Source of the DNA: Myxococcales bacterium
GTDB taxonomy: Bacteria > Myxococcota_A > Polyangia > Polyangiales > Polyangiaceae
DNA: 64,000 nucleotides
Reading direction: 5' to 3'
Assembly: GCA_040348565.1 (NCBI GenBank)
Contig: JBEQSW010000431.1
Span: 4,656 to 68,655 of the forward strand
The first letter of the stretch is position 1. The number at the start of each line of letters is the position of its first letter. Made by a program: the position numbers and the translations under genes. Below the pieces are notes generated by a model. That model was not told the origin of the DNA. It made no database searches and saw only the letters and a program-made list of their open reading frames with translations. Below are positions 21,387 through 29,671 of the stretch, one piece after another.

Positions 21387-23492
21387 ATGCGGCGCGCTGT
21401 TCAGGTTGGGCCACCGGGTGGGGCTCGGGTGGGGCTTCGGGTGACGCTCCCACTGCTTCTGGGCGTGACTTTGGTTGCCTGCACCGGCGTGCGGACCGAT
21501 GTCTCGCGAAGACCGCGCGACCTCGGCGCGGCGTCCTCGAAGGCGGCAGACACCGCTCCCGAGCCGGACGGTGGTCCACCAGTGGACCCCCGGCGCGTCG
21601 TCTCGTTGGCGCTCGGGGAGTTTCACACGTGTGTACTGCTCGGCAGCGGTGAGGTCCGCTGTTGGGGAAGACGCGAAACATCCACCGGGCCGCACAGCCC
21701 GCCCGTGAACCTCGGCAAAGGCGCGATCGCTGCGGCAGCGGTGCCCGAAAAGCTCGACGCGAAGGCGCTTCGGATTTCGGCGGGGCGCGACGAGTCGTGC
21801 GCGCTACTCGAGGACGGGAGAGTTCGCTGTTGGCAGCTCGTTCTTCCCCATCGCATCCGCGAAGCCGCGCTTGGACAGCGGGTGACAGAGATCGCTTCGG
21901 GCAGCGAGCACTCCTGCGCACTGACGGTGGCGGGCACGGTGCACTGCTGGGGCTTCGGTACCTACAATCAACTCGGTTACGGCAGTCGGGAGGGGACGGA
22001 CCTGAGGAAGGAGCTGGGAGATGTCTCGCCGGGCGGCAAGGTGATTCAGATCGCAGCCGGCACTCGCCGCACGTGCGCGCTCTTCGAGAATCACACCGTT
22101 CGTTGCTGGGGCGACGACCCTGGACCTACCGCGTACAACGATCTGGCCGAGGCCATGAAGGCCCGACCCGCACGCGAATACCCGATCGTAAACCTCGGCA
22201 AACCCGTCGTGCAAATCGCATCGGGCGGCTCCACTTGCGCACTGCTCGCAGGTGGTACGGTGCGTTGCTGGGGTGACAACGAAGCGGGGCAGCTCGGGTA
22301 CGGGCACAAGCGAGCGGTCGACGTCTCGACAATCGCCGAGGACATTCGTGTCGGCGCCCCCGTCGTGCAGATCGCGATGGGACGCGCCCACACCTGTGCG
22401 TTGCTCGAGCAAGGGCGCGTGCGTTGCTGGGGATTGGCTGGAAATGGCGCCCTCGGCTACGGGAACGGCATTGCCATCGGCGACGACGAAGCACCCGAGA
22501 GCGCCGGCGACGTGCCGGTAGGCGGCAAGGTCGTGCAAATCGCGGCGGGAGGCTTTCACACCTGCGCGCTGCTCGACACGGGCAAGGTTCGCTGTTGGGG
22601 AAACGATAGTGATGGGCAGCTCGGCTACGGCAACATCCAACGCGTTGGCGACGACGAGACCCCTGCCGTCGTCGGTGATGTGCCCCTGTTCCCCGGCGAT
22701 CCAATTCCGACGCTGCCAGGTCCCAGCAAGGCTCCAAGCCCCGGCGCGCGCGCGCCGGGCGACGCTAAGCCGCGCGAAGCGCCCTTCACGTGGGAAGAGC
22801 CACGCGAAGGCGATCCGCCCGTGGAGGCAAAGACCTGCAGCAAGTCTTGCCGACAATGCAAAGTCTTGTTCGACGGAACGGTCGACACGCGGGCATTTCT
22901 AGAACAGAAGCCACGGAGCCTGTCCGACACCGAGCAAGACCTGGTCCGAACGGCATACACTCAGTACCTCAACGCACCCGGCTGCGCGCACGCAGATGGC
23001 AGCCCTTGGATGGATCCGCGCGCGATTGGCACGGCGCAGGATCCCGGAAGGGTCGACGCCGTGCTCGACGGATCCTTCACTCACCTAGGGCGCAAGCAAA
23101 CACTCATTGCCTTCTTCGCGGGCCACTGCGGCTCGGACGGCAGCGATAGCCCCGGGCCGGTCGAGCACCTCGCAATCTTGATCGAAGGCAAAAAGCTCCT
23201 CCGAACGCGGGTAGGCAAAGATTGGGAGCGCTTCCGGGCCGCGGATCTCGACGGCGACCACGTTTCCGAAGTCCTGGCCTGGAGCCATGAAACGAGGTTC
23301 GTCGACGGCGGCAGCTGGCTCGAGGTCGTCTCGTTCGCGGGCGGTTCGCAACGCATCCTCGGCTGGTTCGACTCCAACGACGAATCGTGCGGAGAGCACG
23401 TGTTGCACCTCACCTACGGACACGACCGCCCCGATCACGCCCTGTGCTTCCAGGCCGAATACCCCGAAATTCCCTGCCCACCGACACGCTGA
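21387..23492 (+). CDS. RCC1-repeat lipoprotein
   Basis: Lipobox 'LVAC'; about 7 repeats of 'QIAAG..HTCALL..G.VRCWG....GQLGYG'. Confidence 0.9.
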   Translation: MRRAVQVGPPGGARVGLRVTLPLLLGVTLVACTGVRTDVSRRPRDLGAASSKAADTAPEPDGGPPVDPRRVVSLALGEFHTCVLLGSGEVRCWGRRETSTGPHSPPVNLGKGAIAAAAVPEKLDAKALRISAGRDESCALLEDGRVRCWQLVLPHRIREAALGQRVTEIASGSEHSCALTVAGTVHCWGFGTYNQLGYGSREGTDLRKELGDVSPGGKVIQIAAGTRRTCALFENHTVRCWGDDPGPTAYNDLAEAMKARPAREYPIVNLGKPVVQIASGGSTCALLAGGTVRCWGDNEAGQLGYGHKRAVDVSTIAEDIRVGAPVVQIAMGRAHTCALLEQGRVRCWGLAGNGALGYGNGIAIGDDEAPESAGDVPVGGKVVQIAAGGFHTCALLDTGKVRCWGNDSDGQLGYGNIQRVGDDETPAVVGDVPLFPGDPIPTLPGPSKAPSPGARAPGDAKPREAPFTWEEPREGDPPVEAKTCSKSCRQCKVLFDGTVDTRAFLEQKPRSLSDTEQDLVRTAYTQYLNAPGCAHADGSPWMDPRAIGTAQDPGRVDAVLDGSFTHLGRKQTLIAFFAGHCGSDGSDSPGPVEHLAILIEGKKLLRTRVGKDWERFRAADLDGDHVSEVLAWSHETRFVDGGSWLEVVSFAGGSQRILGWFDSNDESCGEHVLHLTYGHDRPDHALCFQAEYPEIPCPPTR

Positions 23493-23498
23493 AGCTGG

Positions 23499-23791
23499 GG
23501 CTGCCGAGACGCAGCCAAGCTTGCAGAAGGCTACCGTGCCGTCACTCGGTACCCCCGCCGCGCTTCTACGGAGTCGAACGGAATCAACCGGTCGTGAGCG
23601 CCGCGCCTTCGGCGCGAGCGGAGCCGTGACCGTGGATGTGGCCGTGCACGCGCCTTCGGCGCGGATGAGGTGAGCCGGCCTGCGGCCGGGGGACGTGCAC
23701 GCGCCTTCGGCGCGGATGAGGTGAGCCGGCCTTCGGCCGGGGGAGGTGAGCGCGTGCGGCGGGCGAGAGGGAGACGGCGACTGACGGCTGG
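23499..23791 (+). repeat. Modular repeat copy (head + hexamers + hairpin array + tail)
   Basis: Starts 6 nt after the RCC1 gene stop and is nearly collinear with 26002-26350. Inverted units follow at about 23846-23890. Confidence 0.92.
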
Positions 23792-23980
23792 TTGTTCGAT
23801 CCCGCGGCGGGCGATGCACGACATCCGGCGCGGCCGGTCCACGTTTCCCGGCCGCAGGCCGTCCACATCCACGCCCACCGCCACCCTCACGGATACTCGC
23901 TCTGCTCGATCGCAACGGCGTCCTGAGGCCGGGTCGGCGCCGGCGTCGACGTGTCCATCTCGCCGCACTAGACTGGGCGC

Positions 23981-24655
23981 GTGGCGGACAACTTGTCGGG
24001 TTGCCGAGATGGCGCACCAGGCCTTTGGAAGAGTCAGTGCCTGCTGCTCGCGGGGCTGGTTGCTGGCTGTGGCGGGACGACGACGCACGATGTCGTGCAG
24101 CGGGAGAAGCCAATGGCTGGGGCGAGCGGTCGTGAGTCGACGTCGGGAGGAACTAGCGGCGTCGACGACGGGACTGGCTACCTCGGCGGAAATGGTGCCG
24201 TTGCAGGTGGTGGCCGCGTGGACCTGACGCCCGCTGGGTTTCCGCGCTGTGGGTCGCTAGACCCGAGTCGCGCTGATGATTGCGCGGGGATCGATCTGAT
24301 CAGGCCGAAGGATCCGCACGCGAGCTCAAACGTCGACGGCTCGATCCAGATTGGCGAATCGGCCCCGGTGAGCGTTTGGGTCGAGAATGGTGACAGCATC
24401 GCTCACGACAACGTCTGTGTCGGCATTGCAGTCGATTCGCCTGGGGTGACCCTGGCCCCCGACGAAGAAACCAACCCAGTCGCGATCGGGCACCTTTATG
24501 CGGGGGCCATCCCCATAGTGACACCTGCGTACTTTCGAGTCGGCAGCGTCAAAGCAGGCACCGTCGTGCGCTTCACGGCGTGGACGACGTACGAAGGTAC
24601 CAACTGTGCCGGACCAACGGCGACGGTTGACGCTCTCGTTAAATCGTTCCTCTAG
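23981..24655 (+). CDS. Lipoprotein, unknown function (Ig-like C-terminal part possible)
   Basis: Lipobox 'VAGC' and a beta-rich C-terminal region. Confidence 0.6.
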   Translation: MADNLSGCRDGAPGLWKSQCLLLAGLVAGCGGTTTHDVVQREKPMAGASGRESTSGGTSGVDDGTGYLGGNGAVAGGGRVDLTPAGFPRCGSLDPSRADDCAGIDLIRPKDPHASSNVDGSIQIGESAPVSVWVENGDSIAHDNVCVGIAVDSPGVTLAPDEETNPVAIGHLYAGAIPIVTPAYFRVGSVKAGTVVRFTAWTTYEGTNCAGPTATVDALVKSFL

Positions 24656-24713
24656 GGCCGGAGCCCAATCTTCGTTTCGTTCTGGAACCTCCGCCTCGCG
24701 AGCAAGCGCGTCG

Positions 24714-24920
24714 AACGGAGCCGAGCGGAATCGAATCGGATCCTGAGCGCCGCGCCTTCGGCGCGAGCGGAGCCGTGGCCGTGCACGCGCCTTCGGCGCG
24801 GCCGAGGTGAGCCGGCCTGCGTCCGGGGGCCGTGCACGCGCCATCGGCGCGGATCGGGTGAGCCGGCCTGCGGCCGGGGGACGTGAGCGCCTGCGGCGGG
24901 CGAGAGGGGGACGGAGACTC
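24714..24920 (+). repeat. Headless repeat copy (spacer + hairpin array + tail)
   Basis: ACGGAGCCGAGCGGAATCGAATCGG..TGAGCGCCGCGCCTTCGGCGCGAGCGGAGCCGTG...GGGCGAGAGGGGGACGG aligns to 26070-26337. Confidence 0.88.
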
Positions 24921-25147
24921 AAGCGGGCAGAGTCACCGTGTGTCCCTATCGGCATGGATAGTCCGAGACGAGCGACCGTCGACCTGTTCAGCAAGCCGCA
25001 ACTCGGCGTCGCTAAGTGAACGGGCTCGGCCCGAATCCGTGCACGCGCCTCCGGCGCGACCCCGCCGCAGGCGGTGCAGGTCATCCGGCCGCAGCTCGCT
25101 CCAATGACCATTGGCTCGACCCAACAAATCTGCTCGAATTCGCGCCA

Positions 25148-26002
25148 ATGGGCACAGGTGTGCAAGGCGGCGCTTCGCGGCGGTTCTCGGGCCTCTTCGA
25201 GTCGCCGGAGCGCATGCGTCTCAAGAGCGAGGTGGACCTTCTCCACCATGCGACCGACCGCCAAGCTCGGGCTGCCAACAAGCCGGAAGAAAGCGCCCGC
25301 ACAGAGGCGATTCAGCCCCTACTCGACCACGCCGAGAACGCCGCCGTGTCCGGCAACATCGACGGCTGGAAACACCTCCACGAAGCGCGCCGCCTCTACA
25401 TCGCGGGTTTCACTCCCGCCGAGCTGCAAGCGTGGCGGAAAACGCTCGGCGAGGAGGCACACGCGAAGCTCAAAAGCTGGCGCGGCGCGGCCGTGGAGCA
25501 TCTGCTCGAGCTCCAAACGCTCGAAGGCGTCCTAGAAGCGCAGCGTCGACTCGACGAGCACGCCGACAACGTGTACTTCCGCAATCGCCTGCTCCGGCGG
25601 CAAATGAGCGTTACTTCGGTTTCGCTGATCGTCGCGTTGATCGCGCTCATTCTCCAACTCGGGTCCCTAGCAGCCGCCGTGCTGGATGGCGGTGCCGCGC
25701 TAACCCAGGAGGCCATCAGCCTGTCGATGACGTTCGGCGCCATCGGCGCCTGCCTCAGCGCCTTGATTGGCTTTTCCCGCGTATCGACCGATCAGCGCAT
25801 TCCGGAGCGCACCGCCAACGTTCTCATCACCTTGACGCGACCGTTGATTGGCGCGGCATCCGGCCTCGCGGGGCTGCTCGCAGTCCACTCGAACCTGGTG
25901 AATCTTCCGGGCTCGGGCGTCGGCTGGCTCATACCCTTCGCTTTCGGATTCAGTGAGCGCATCGTTTTGAGCCTGGTTGAGCCGAAGACCGCGAACAGTT
26001 AG
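25148..26002 (+). CDS. Membrane protein with helical N-terminal domain and four C-terminal TM segments
   Basis: TM block 'FGAIGACLSAL...RPLIGAASG...PFAFGFSER'. Confidence 0.7.
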   Translation: MGTGVQGGASRRFSGLFESPERMRLKSEVDLLHHATDRQARAANKPEESARTEAIQPLLDHAENAAVSGNIDGWKHLHEARRLYIAGFTPAELQAWRKTLGEEAHAKLKSWRGAAVEHLLELQTLEGVLEAQRRLDEHADNVYFRNRLLRRQMSVTSVSLIVALIALILQLGSLAAAVLDGGAALTQEAISLSMTFGAIGACLSALIGFSRVSTDQRIPERTANVLITLTRPLIGAASGLAGLLAVHSNLVNLPGSGVGWLIPFAFGFSERIVLSLVEPKTANS

Positions 26003-26350
26003 CTGCCGAGACGCAGCCAAGCTTGCAGAAGGCTACCGTGCCGTCACTCGGTACCCCTGCCGCGCTTTTACGGAGTCGAAGGGAATCGAACCGGTCGTGA
26101 GCGCCGCGCCTTCGGCGCGAGCGGAGCCGTGACCGTGGACGTGGCCGTGCACGCGCCTTCGGCGCGGATGAGGTGAGCCGGCCTGCGGCCGGGGGACGTG
26201 CGCGCGCCCTCGGCGCGGATTCGGAGAAGGTGAGCCGGCCTGCGGCCGGGGGACGTGAGCGCGCCCTCGGCGCGGATGAGGTGAGCCGGCCTTCGGCCGG
26301 GGGGGTGAGCGCCTGCGGCGGGCGAGAGGGGGACGGCGACTGACGGCTGG
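26002..26350 (+). repeat. Longest modular repeat copy (head + hexamers + 7-8 hairpins + tail)
   Basis: The head overlaps the TAG stop of the upstream gene. Alternating CGCGCC-NTC-GGCGCG and CCGGCC-TKC-GGCCGG units. Confidence 0.92.
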
Positions 26351-26373
26351 CTTGCTCGGGGGAGGTTGATTTT

Positions 26374-26464
26374 ATCAGTGTGCTCGGTGCGGTCGAGGCC
26401 GCGGCCGGCTGCGCCGGTGCGCGCTTCGCGCGCAGCCTCGACCGCACCTCCGCGCACTGCTGAT
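26374..26464. other. Branched (multi-stem) hairpin upstream of the four-helix-bundle gene
   Basis: Perfect 14-bp stem GGTGCGGTCGAGGC (26386-26399)/GCCTCGACCGCACC (26435-26448) enclosing CCGGC-TGC-GCCGG and TGCGCGC-TTC-GCGCGCA; outer stem CAGTGTGC/GCGCACTG. Confidence 0.8.
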
Positions 26465-26517
26465 GGGACTGGTTGTGGCTCGCAAGCAGGCGAGACCGAA
26501 GCCGGAGAAGTTTCACC

Positions 26518-26844
26518 ATGGCGTTTCAAGTTGAAGAGCTCAGCATTCAGTTGGTGGAGGCATTGGTTCCATTGATGCCACGCATTCGGCAGAGGGATAA
26601 GGCGCTGGAAGATCAGCTACGGCGCGCGGCGAGCTCGATTGGGCTCAACGTGGCGGAGGCGGCGTACTCGGATCCGGGCAATCGGCGGGCGCGGCTGTTT
26701 ACGGCTGCAGGGAGTGCGGGGGAGACGCGGCATGCACTACGCCAGGCCATCGCCTGGCGCCTGGTGACGGCGGGGGAGGCGGAGGGTGCGATGCGGCTGG
26801 TGGAGCGGATTGTGGCGATACTTTGGCGGATGACGCGAGGGTGA
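26518..26844 (+). CDS. Four helix bundle protein (23S rRNA IVP / Avd-like family)
   Basis: 108 aa; 'LEDQLRRAASSIGLNVAEA' and 'AAGSAGET' match the family signature (DQ.RRA..SI..NIAEG...A.GS..E); RBS GGAG. Confidence 0.9.
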   Translation: MAFQVEELSIQLVEALVPLMPRIRQRDKALEDQLRRAASSIGLNVAEAAYSDPGNRRARLFTAAGSAGETRHALRQAIAWRLVTAGEAEGAMRLVERIVAILWRMTRG

Positions 26845-26856
26845 AGCGGTTTCACC
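26840..26856 (+). terminator. Short hairpin at the four-helix-bundle gene stop
   Basis: GGTGAA-GCGGT-TTCACC; no U-tract. Confidence 0.3.
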
Positions 26857-27073
26857 GGGGGTCGGACGGTCAAGTCGCGGGGCACAAGTGCACGTGGACA
26901 ACCGCGTTCGCAGATGGCGATTGAGGCGCCGGCGGAGTAGCTACTTTGCGGATCCGGATGCAGGCGCTCGCGGTCTTAGTGGACGATCTTGCCAGCGAAC
27001 AGATCGACGATCGCCGTGTTGGTCGCTGCCGCCAGTGCCTAGGCGCGCTTTCGAGCGCGGAGCAGATCGATTC

Positions 27074-27125
27074 TATCAGTTCGCTAAGCGGGGTCGAGGC
27101 CGCGGCTGGCTGCACCACTGCGCGC
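27074..27125 (+). repeat. Second, degenerate copy of the branched-hairpin left arm
   Basis: TATCAGT..GGTCGAGGCCGCGGCTGGCTGCACCACTGCGCGC vs 26373 TATCAGT..GGTCGAGGCCGCGGCCGGCTGCGCCGGTGCGCGC. Confidence 0.75.
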
Positions 27126-27263
27126 CGTGCGACAAAGCTTGGGTGGCGGCGCGGTCTTCTGGCGGCTCCCCCGCCACTTCAAAAAACTAGCAACTGACGT
27201 TTCAGACTCGCCGATGTGTGAACGTCCCGCGGGACGTCTCCTTCGGGCATCGAAAGCAGAGTC

Positions 27264-28277
27264 ATGAAGCAAGAATCGGGTATGCAGGGCCGGACCTGGG
27301 TCGTCAACGTCCTCAAATTGGCTGGGTTTGCACTCTTGCTAACGGCGCCCACCGTCGCGTGCGGTGAGGGGCCAGGGCAAGCCGAACAATCCGCTGCCGG
27401 CAGCGCCGGAGCAGCCGACCTACCAGGAGATTCTGCTCATGCTGGCAACGAGGCAGGCGGCGCGAAACAGCCCGGGGCCGCCGCAGGTGCGAGTGGGAGT
27501 GCCGGAGGAGCCGGAAGGACTGGAGAAGGATCGGCCAAACCTTCCCCGTTCGAGGGATTGTGGGTCACAGGTAATCTCCCCGCCGATCACTGCGAGGATT
27601 TCCGGCTGCAGTCATCAGCGCGGTACCTGCGCGTACGGCGGGACGCCCATGGAGCGCTTCAACTCGTGCAACTCGCGGCGGACGTGCCGCTCAATTCCCT
27701 CAACGACCCCGGCTATGAGCCCTGTGCTGCGGCGCTGATCGTGGAAGGCGAGCACGCACACACCGCCGAGCCCTACTTCTGCGAGACCATCGCGCGCAAC
27801 GAGAACGGGACAGCATCAACCCAAGCGGTGAACAGAAAAGTTCTGACGGATGAGCTGACCCTCGTGGGGGACAGCCTGCACGAGCAACGCACCAATGCCG
27901 ACAACGACGATTGCGGCGGCACCAGCGACTACCAGTACACGAAGTCCAGCGACGACCAGCACGGACAGCTTGCCGCTCCCGCGAATATCGACGTGACGGG
28001 ATATTGGCGAACCAACCACGGCGTCGATACATTTAGTGGCCTGTACGTCGAGCTCGATCTCGAGCAAGCCGGCGTCAGCGTCACCGGCAAGTTCGACATT
28101 ACGTCACAGTACAGCGGAACCCTCACCGGTACCATCAAAGGCACGCACCTAACGGGCATGATCGAAGACAATTCCGGCTATCCTCCCGACTCATTCGACT
28201 TCGCGTTCTCCGCCGATACCCTCCGCTTTGTCGGCCACTACGGCACCGTCGGCGTCTGGAATGGTGCAAACGACTAA
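27264..28277 (+). CDS. Lipoprotein with two beta-barrel-like domains, unknown function
   Basis: Lipobox 'TVAC'; 'FEGLWV' and 'DVTGYW' lipocalin-like domain starts. Confidence 0.65.
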   Translation: MKQESGMQGRTWVVNVLKLAGFALLLTAPTVACGEGPGQAEQSAAGSAGAADLPGDSAHAGNEAGGAKQPGAAAGASGSAGGAGRTGEGSAKPSPFEGLWVTGNLPADHCEDFRLQSSARYLRVRRDAHGALQLVQLAADVPLNSLNDPGYEPCAAALIVEGEHAHTAEPYFCETIARNENGTASTQAVNRKVLTDELTLVGDSLHEQRTNADNDDCGGTSDYQYTKSSDDQHGQLAAPANIDVTGYWRTNHGVDTFSGLYVELDLEQAGVSVTGKFDITSQYSGTLTGTIKGTHLTGMIEDNSGYPPDSFDFAFSADTLRFVGHYGTVGVWNGAND

Positions 28278-28463
28278 CGTCTGCTTCAGCCCAGGGCCAT
28301 CCCGCTCCCCGAGATCCGGTGCTCTGCTACCGGGGCCTCGACTCCAGCACGTCCGTTCTCGCTCCCAGCAATCGCGCTTTGCGGTTGGAAGCTGGTCGGC
28401 GTTGTCCACCGACGCTGGGGTCCCTCTGGCTTTCATCTATCACTCCGCTGACCTTCTGCCGTC

Positions 28464-28603
28464 CTACCGGCAGGTATGAATCTGCACCTCGATGAGGGCG
28501 CTGCGCCTCTGCTCGTCATCACCGTGTTCGTGACGTGCGCGCCGGCGATGCGGCGCAGGTCGGTGAAGGTGGCTACGAGCGATACGGCCTTTTCGAAGTC
28601 CAT
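28464..28603 (-). pseudogene. Possible frameshifted 5' gene fragment
   Basis: Minus strand reads MDFEKAVSLVATFTDLRRIAGAHV, then protein-like DDEQRRSALIEVQ in a shifted frame, ending in a stop. Confidence 0.3.
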
Positions 28604-28854
28604 GTGCTGTCCCCGGGCGTGTGGACGCGAAGTTCAGAATTCGCGAAAGTTGCACAATCGCAAAACGGGGGGGCCAAGCTCAAGAGCTGTAAACTTGCGG
28701 TGCTAGCGCTGTTTGAGGGGTCGCATGAACGGACTAGGAGTTTGTTTGGGCCGGGCGAGGGCGCGAGTTTGTACGAGTTGTCTCCTTGGGTCTACAAGTG
28801 GAGCAACGCAATCGGATGTTGTTGAGGATGCAGGTGCCGTGGCCTCCTTGGAAG

Positions 28855-29193
28855 ATGCGCGTTCCGTCGCTGGTGCTCTTGGTGGGGTTGGTGGTGGTTG
28901 GCATCGGCGGCGCAGCCTCCGGCGCGGAGGCGTACGGGGCGGATCGGTTAGCCGACAAGGCCGCGGCCAAGAAGCGGCTCAGCGATGCTCAGGTCAAGAA
29001 GCTGCTGATCGAAGAGTCCATAGCTGCGTACGACGGCAACTGTCCCTGTCCGTACAGTCGGGCGCGCAATGGGTCGCGGTGTGGTAGGCGGAGTGCTTAC
29101 AGCCGTGAAGGCGGTGCGGCGCCCCTATGTTTCGCGGCCGATGTTTCGGCGGAGATGGTAGAGGCGTATCGGCAAGAGCACGCGGAGGAGTAG
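28855..29193 (+). CDS. Small secreted Cys-motif protein
   Basis: Signal peptide; 'YDGNCPCPYSRARNGSRCGRRSAYSREGGAAPLCF' motif of a conserved hypothetical family. Confidence 0.75.
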   Translation: MRVPSLVLLVGLVVVGIGGAASGAEAYGADRLADKAAAKKRLSDAQVKKLLIEESIAAYDGNCPCPYSRARNGSRCGRRSAYSREGGAAPLCFAADVSAEMVEAYRQEHAEE

Positions 29194-29199
29194 GGGGAT

Positions 29200-29616
29200 C
29201 TAGCTTCCGCGGTCGACCTGTAAAGTTCGCAGCCATGCGGCCACCGGCGCCAGACATGGGATGTCGGCCTCCGCCCAGTCGTAGCTTGGTAGCTCGTCCG
29301 CGCTGACCCAAGCGATCTGAGCGTGCTCGCGCAACACCACGCCGCCGGCGGTGATGGACGCCGCATAGACGTCGAGCGAGATGACTCGCGTACCCACCAT
29401 GGCCGTCCCGTTGGCAAGGAACTGCCCGACGCTGATCTCGAAGCCGAGCTCTTCCGCGATTTCGCGGGCCAGCGCGGCCGTGGGCGATTCGCCTGGTTCG
29501 ACTTTGCCGCCGGGGAACTCCCATTTTCCGGCCAGGCTGCCGTGGGGGCCGCGTTGCGCGATCAGGCATTGGTGGCCTTGGGTGATGGCGGCGCCAACGA
29601 CGTGGAGGGGCGGCAT
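29200..29616 (-). CDS. MutT/NudG-like NUDIX (d)NTP pyrophosphohydrolase
   Basis: 'GKWEFPGGKVEPGESPTAALAREIAEELG' Nudix box; 'WAEADIP'. Confidence 0.92.
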   Translation of the reverse strand: MPPLHVVGAAITQGHQCLIAQRGPHGSLAGKWEFPGGKVEPGESPTAALAREIAEELGFEISVGQFLANGTAMVGTRVISLDVYAASITAGGVVLREHAQIAWVSADELPSYDWAEADIPCLAPVAAWLRTLQVDRGS

Positions 29617-29671
29617 GCGGGCGCGAGTGTAGCGGCTGCGAGGGTGCCGAGTCTTGCTGTAGAGTGAAACG

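Noticed and set aside
23590-26350. CRISPR array
   Set aside because: The units are alternating hairpins with short, conserved linkers rather than identical repeats with unique ~30-40-bp spacers. No cas genes are present.
23085-26529. Minus-strand ORFs with 'RPPAAGRLTSSAPKARA' and 'VPSDGTVAFCKLGCV' repeats
   Set aside because: These are translations of the non-coding repeat. Reading frames differ between copies and overlap real genes. A coding ancestry for the head cannot be fully excluded.
26518-26844. 23S rRNA intervening sequence
   Set aside because: The flanks are not rRNA. I recognised no rRNA or tRNA genes anywhere in the window.
26002-27125. Diversity-generating retroelement (Avd-like gene plus hairpins)
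   Set aside because: No reverse transcriptase in the window, and no TR/VR pair differing at adenines was seen.
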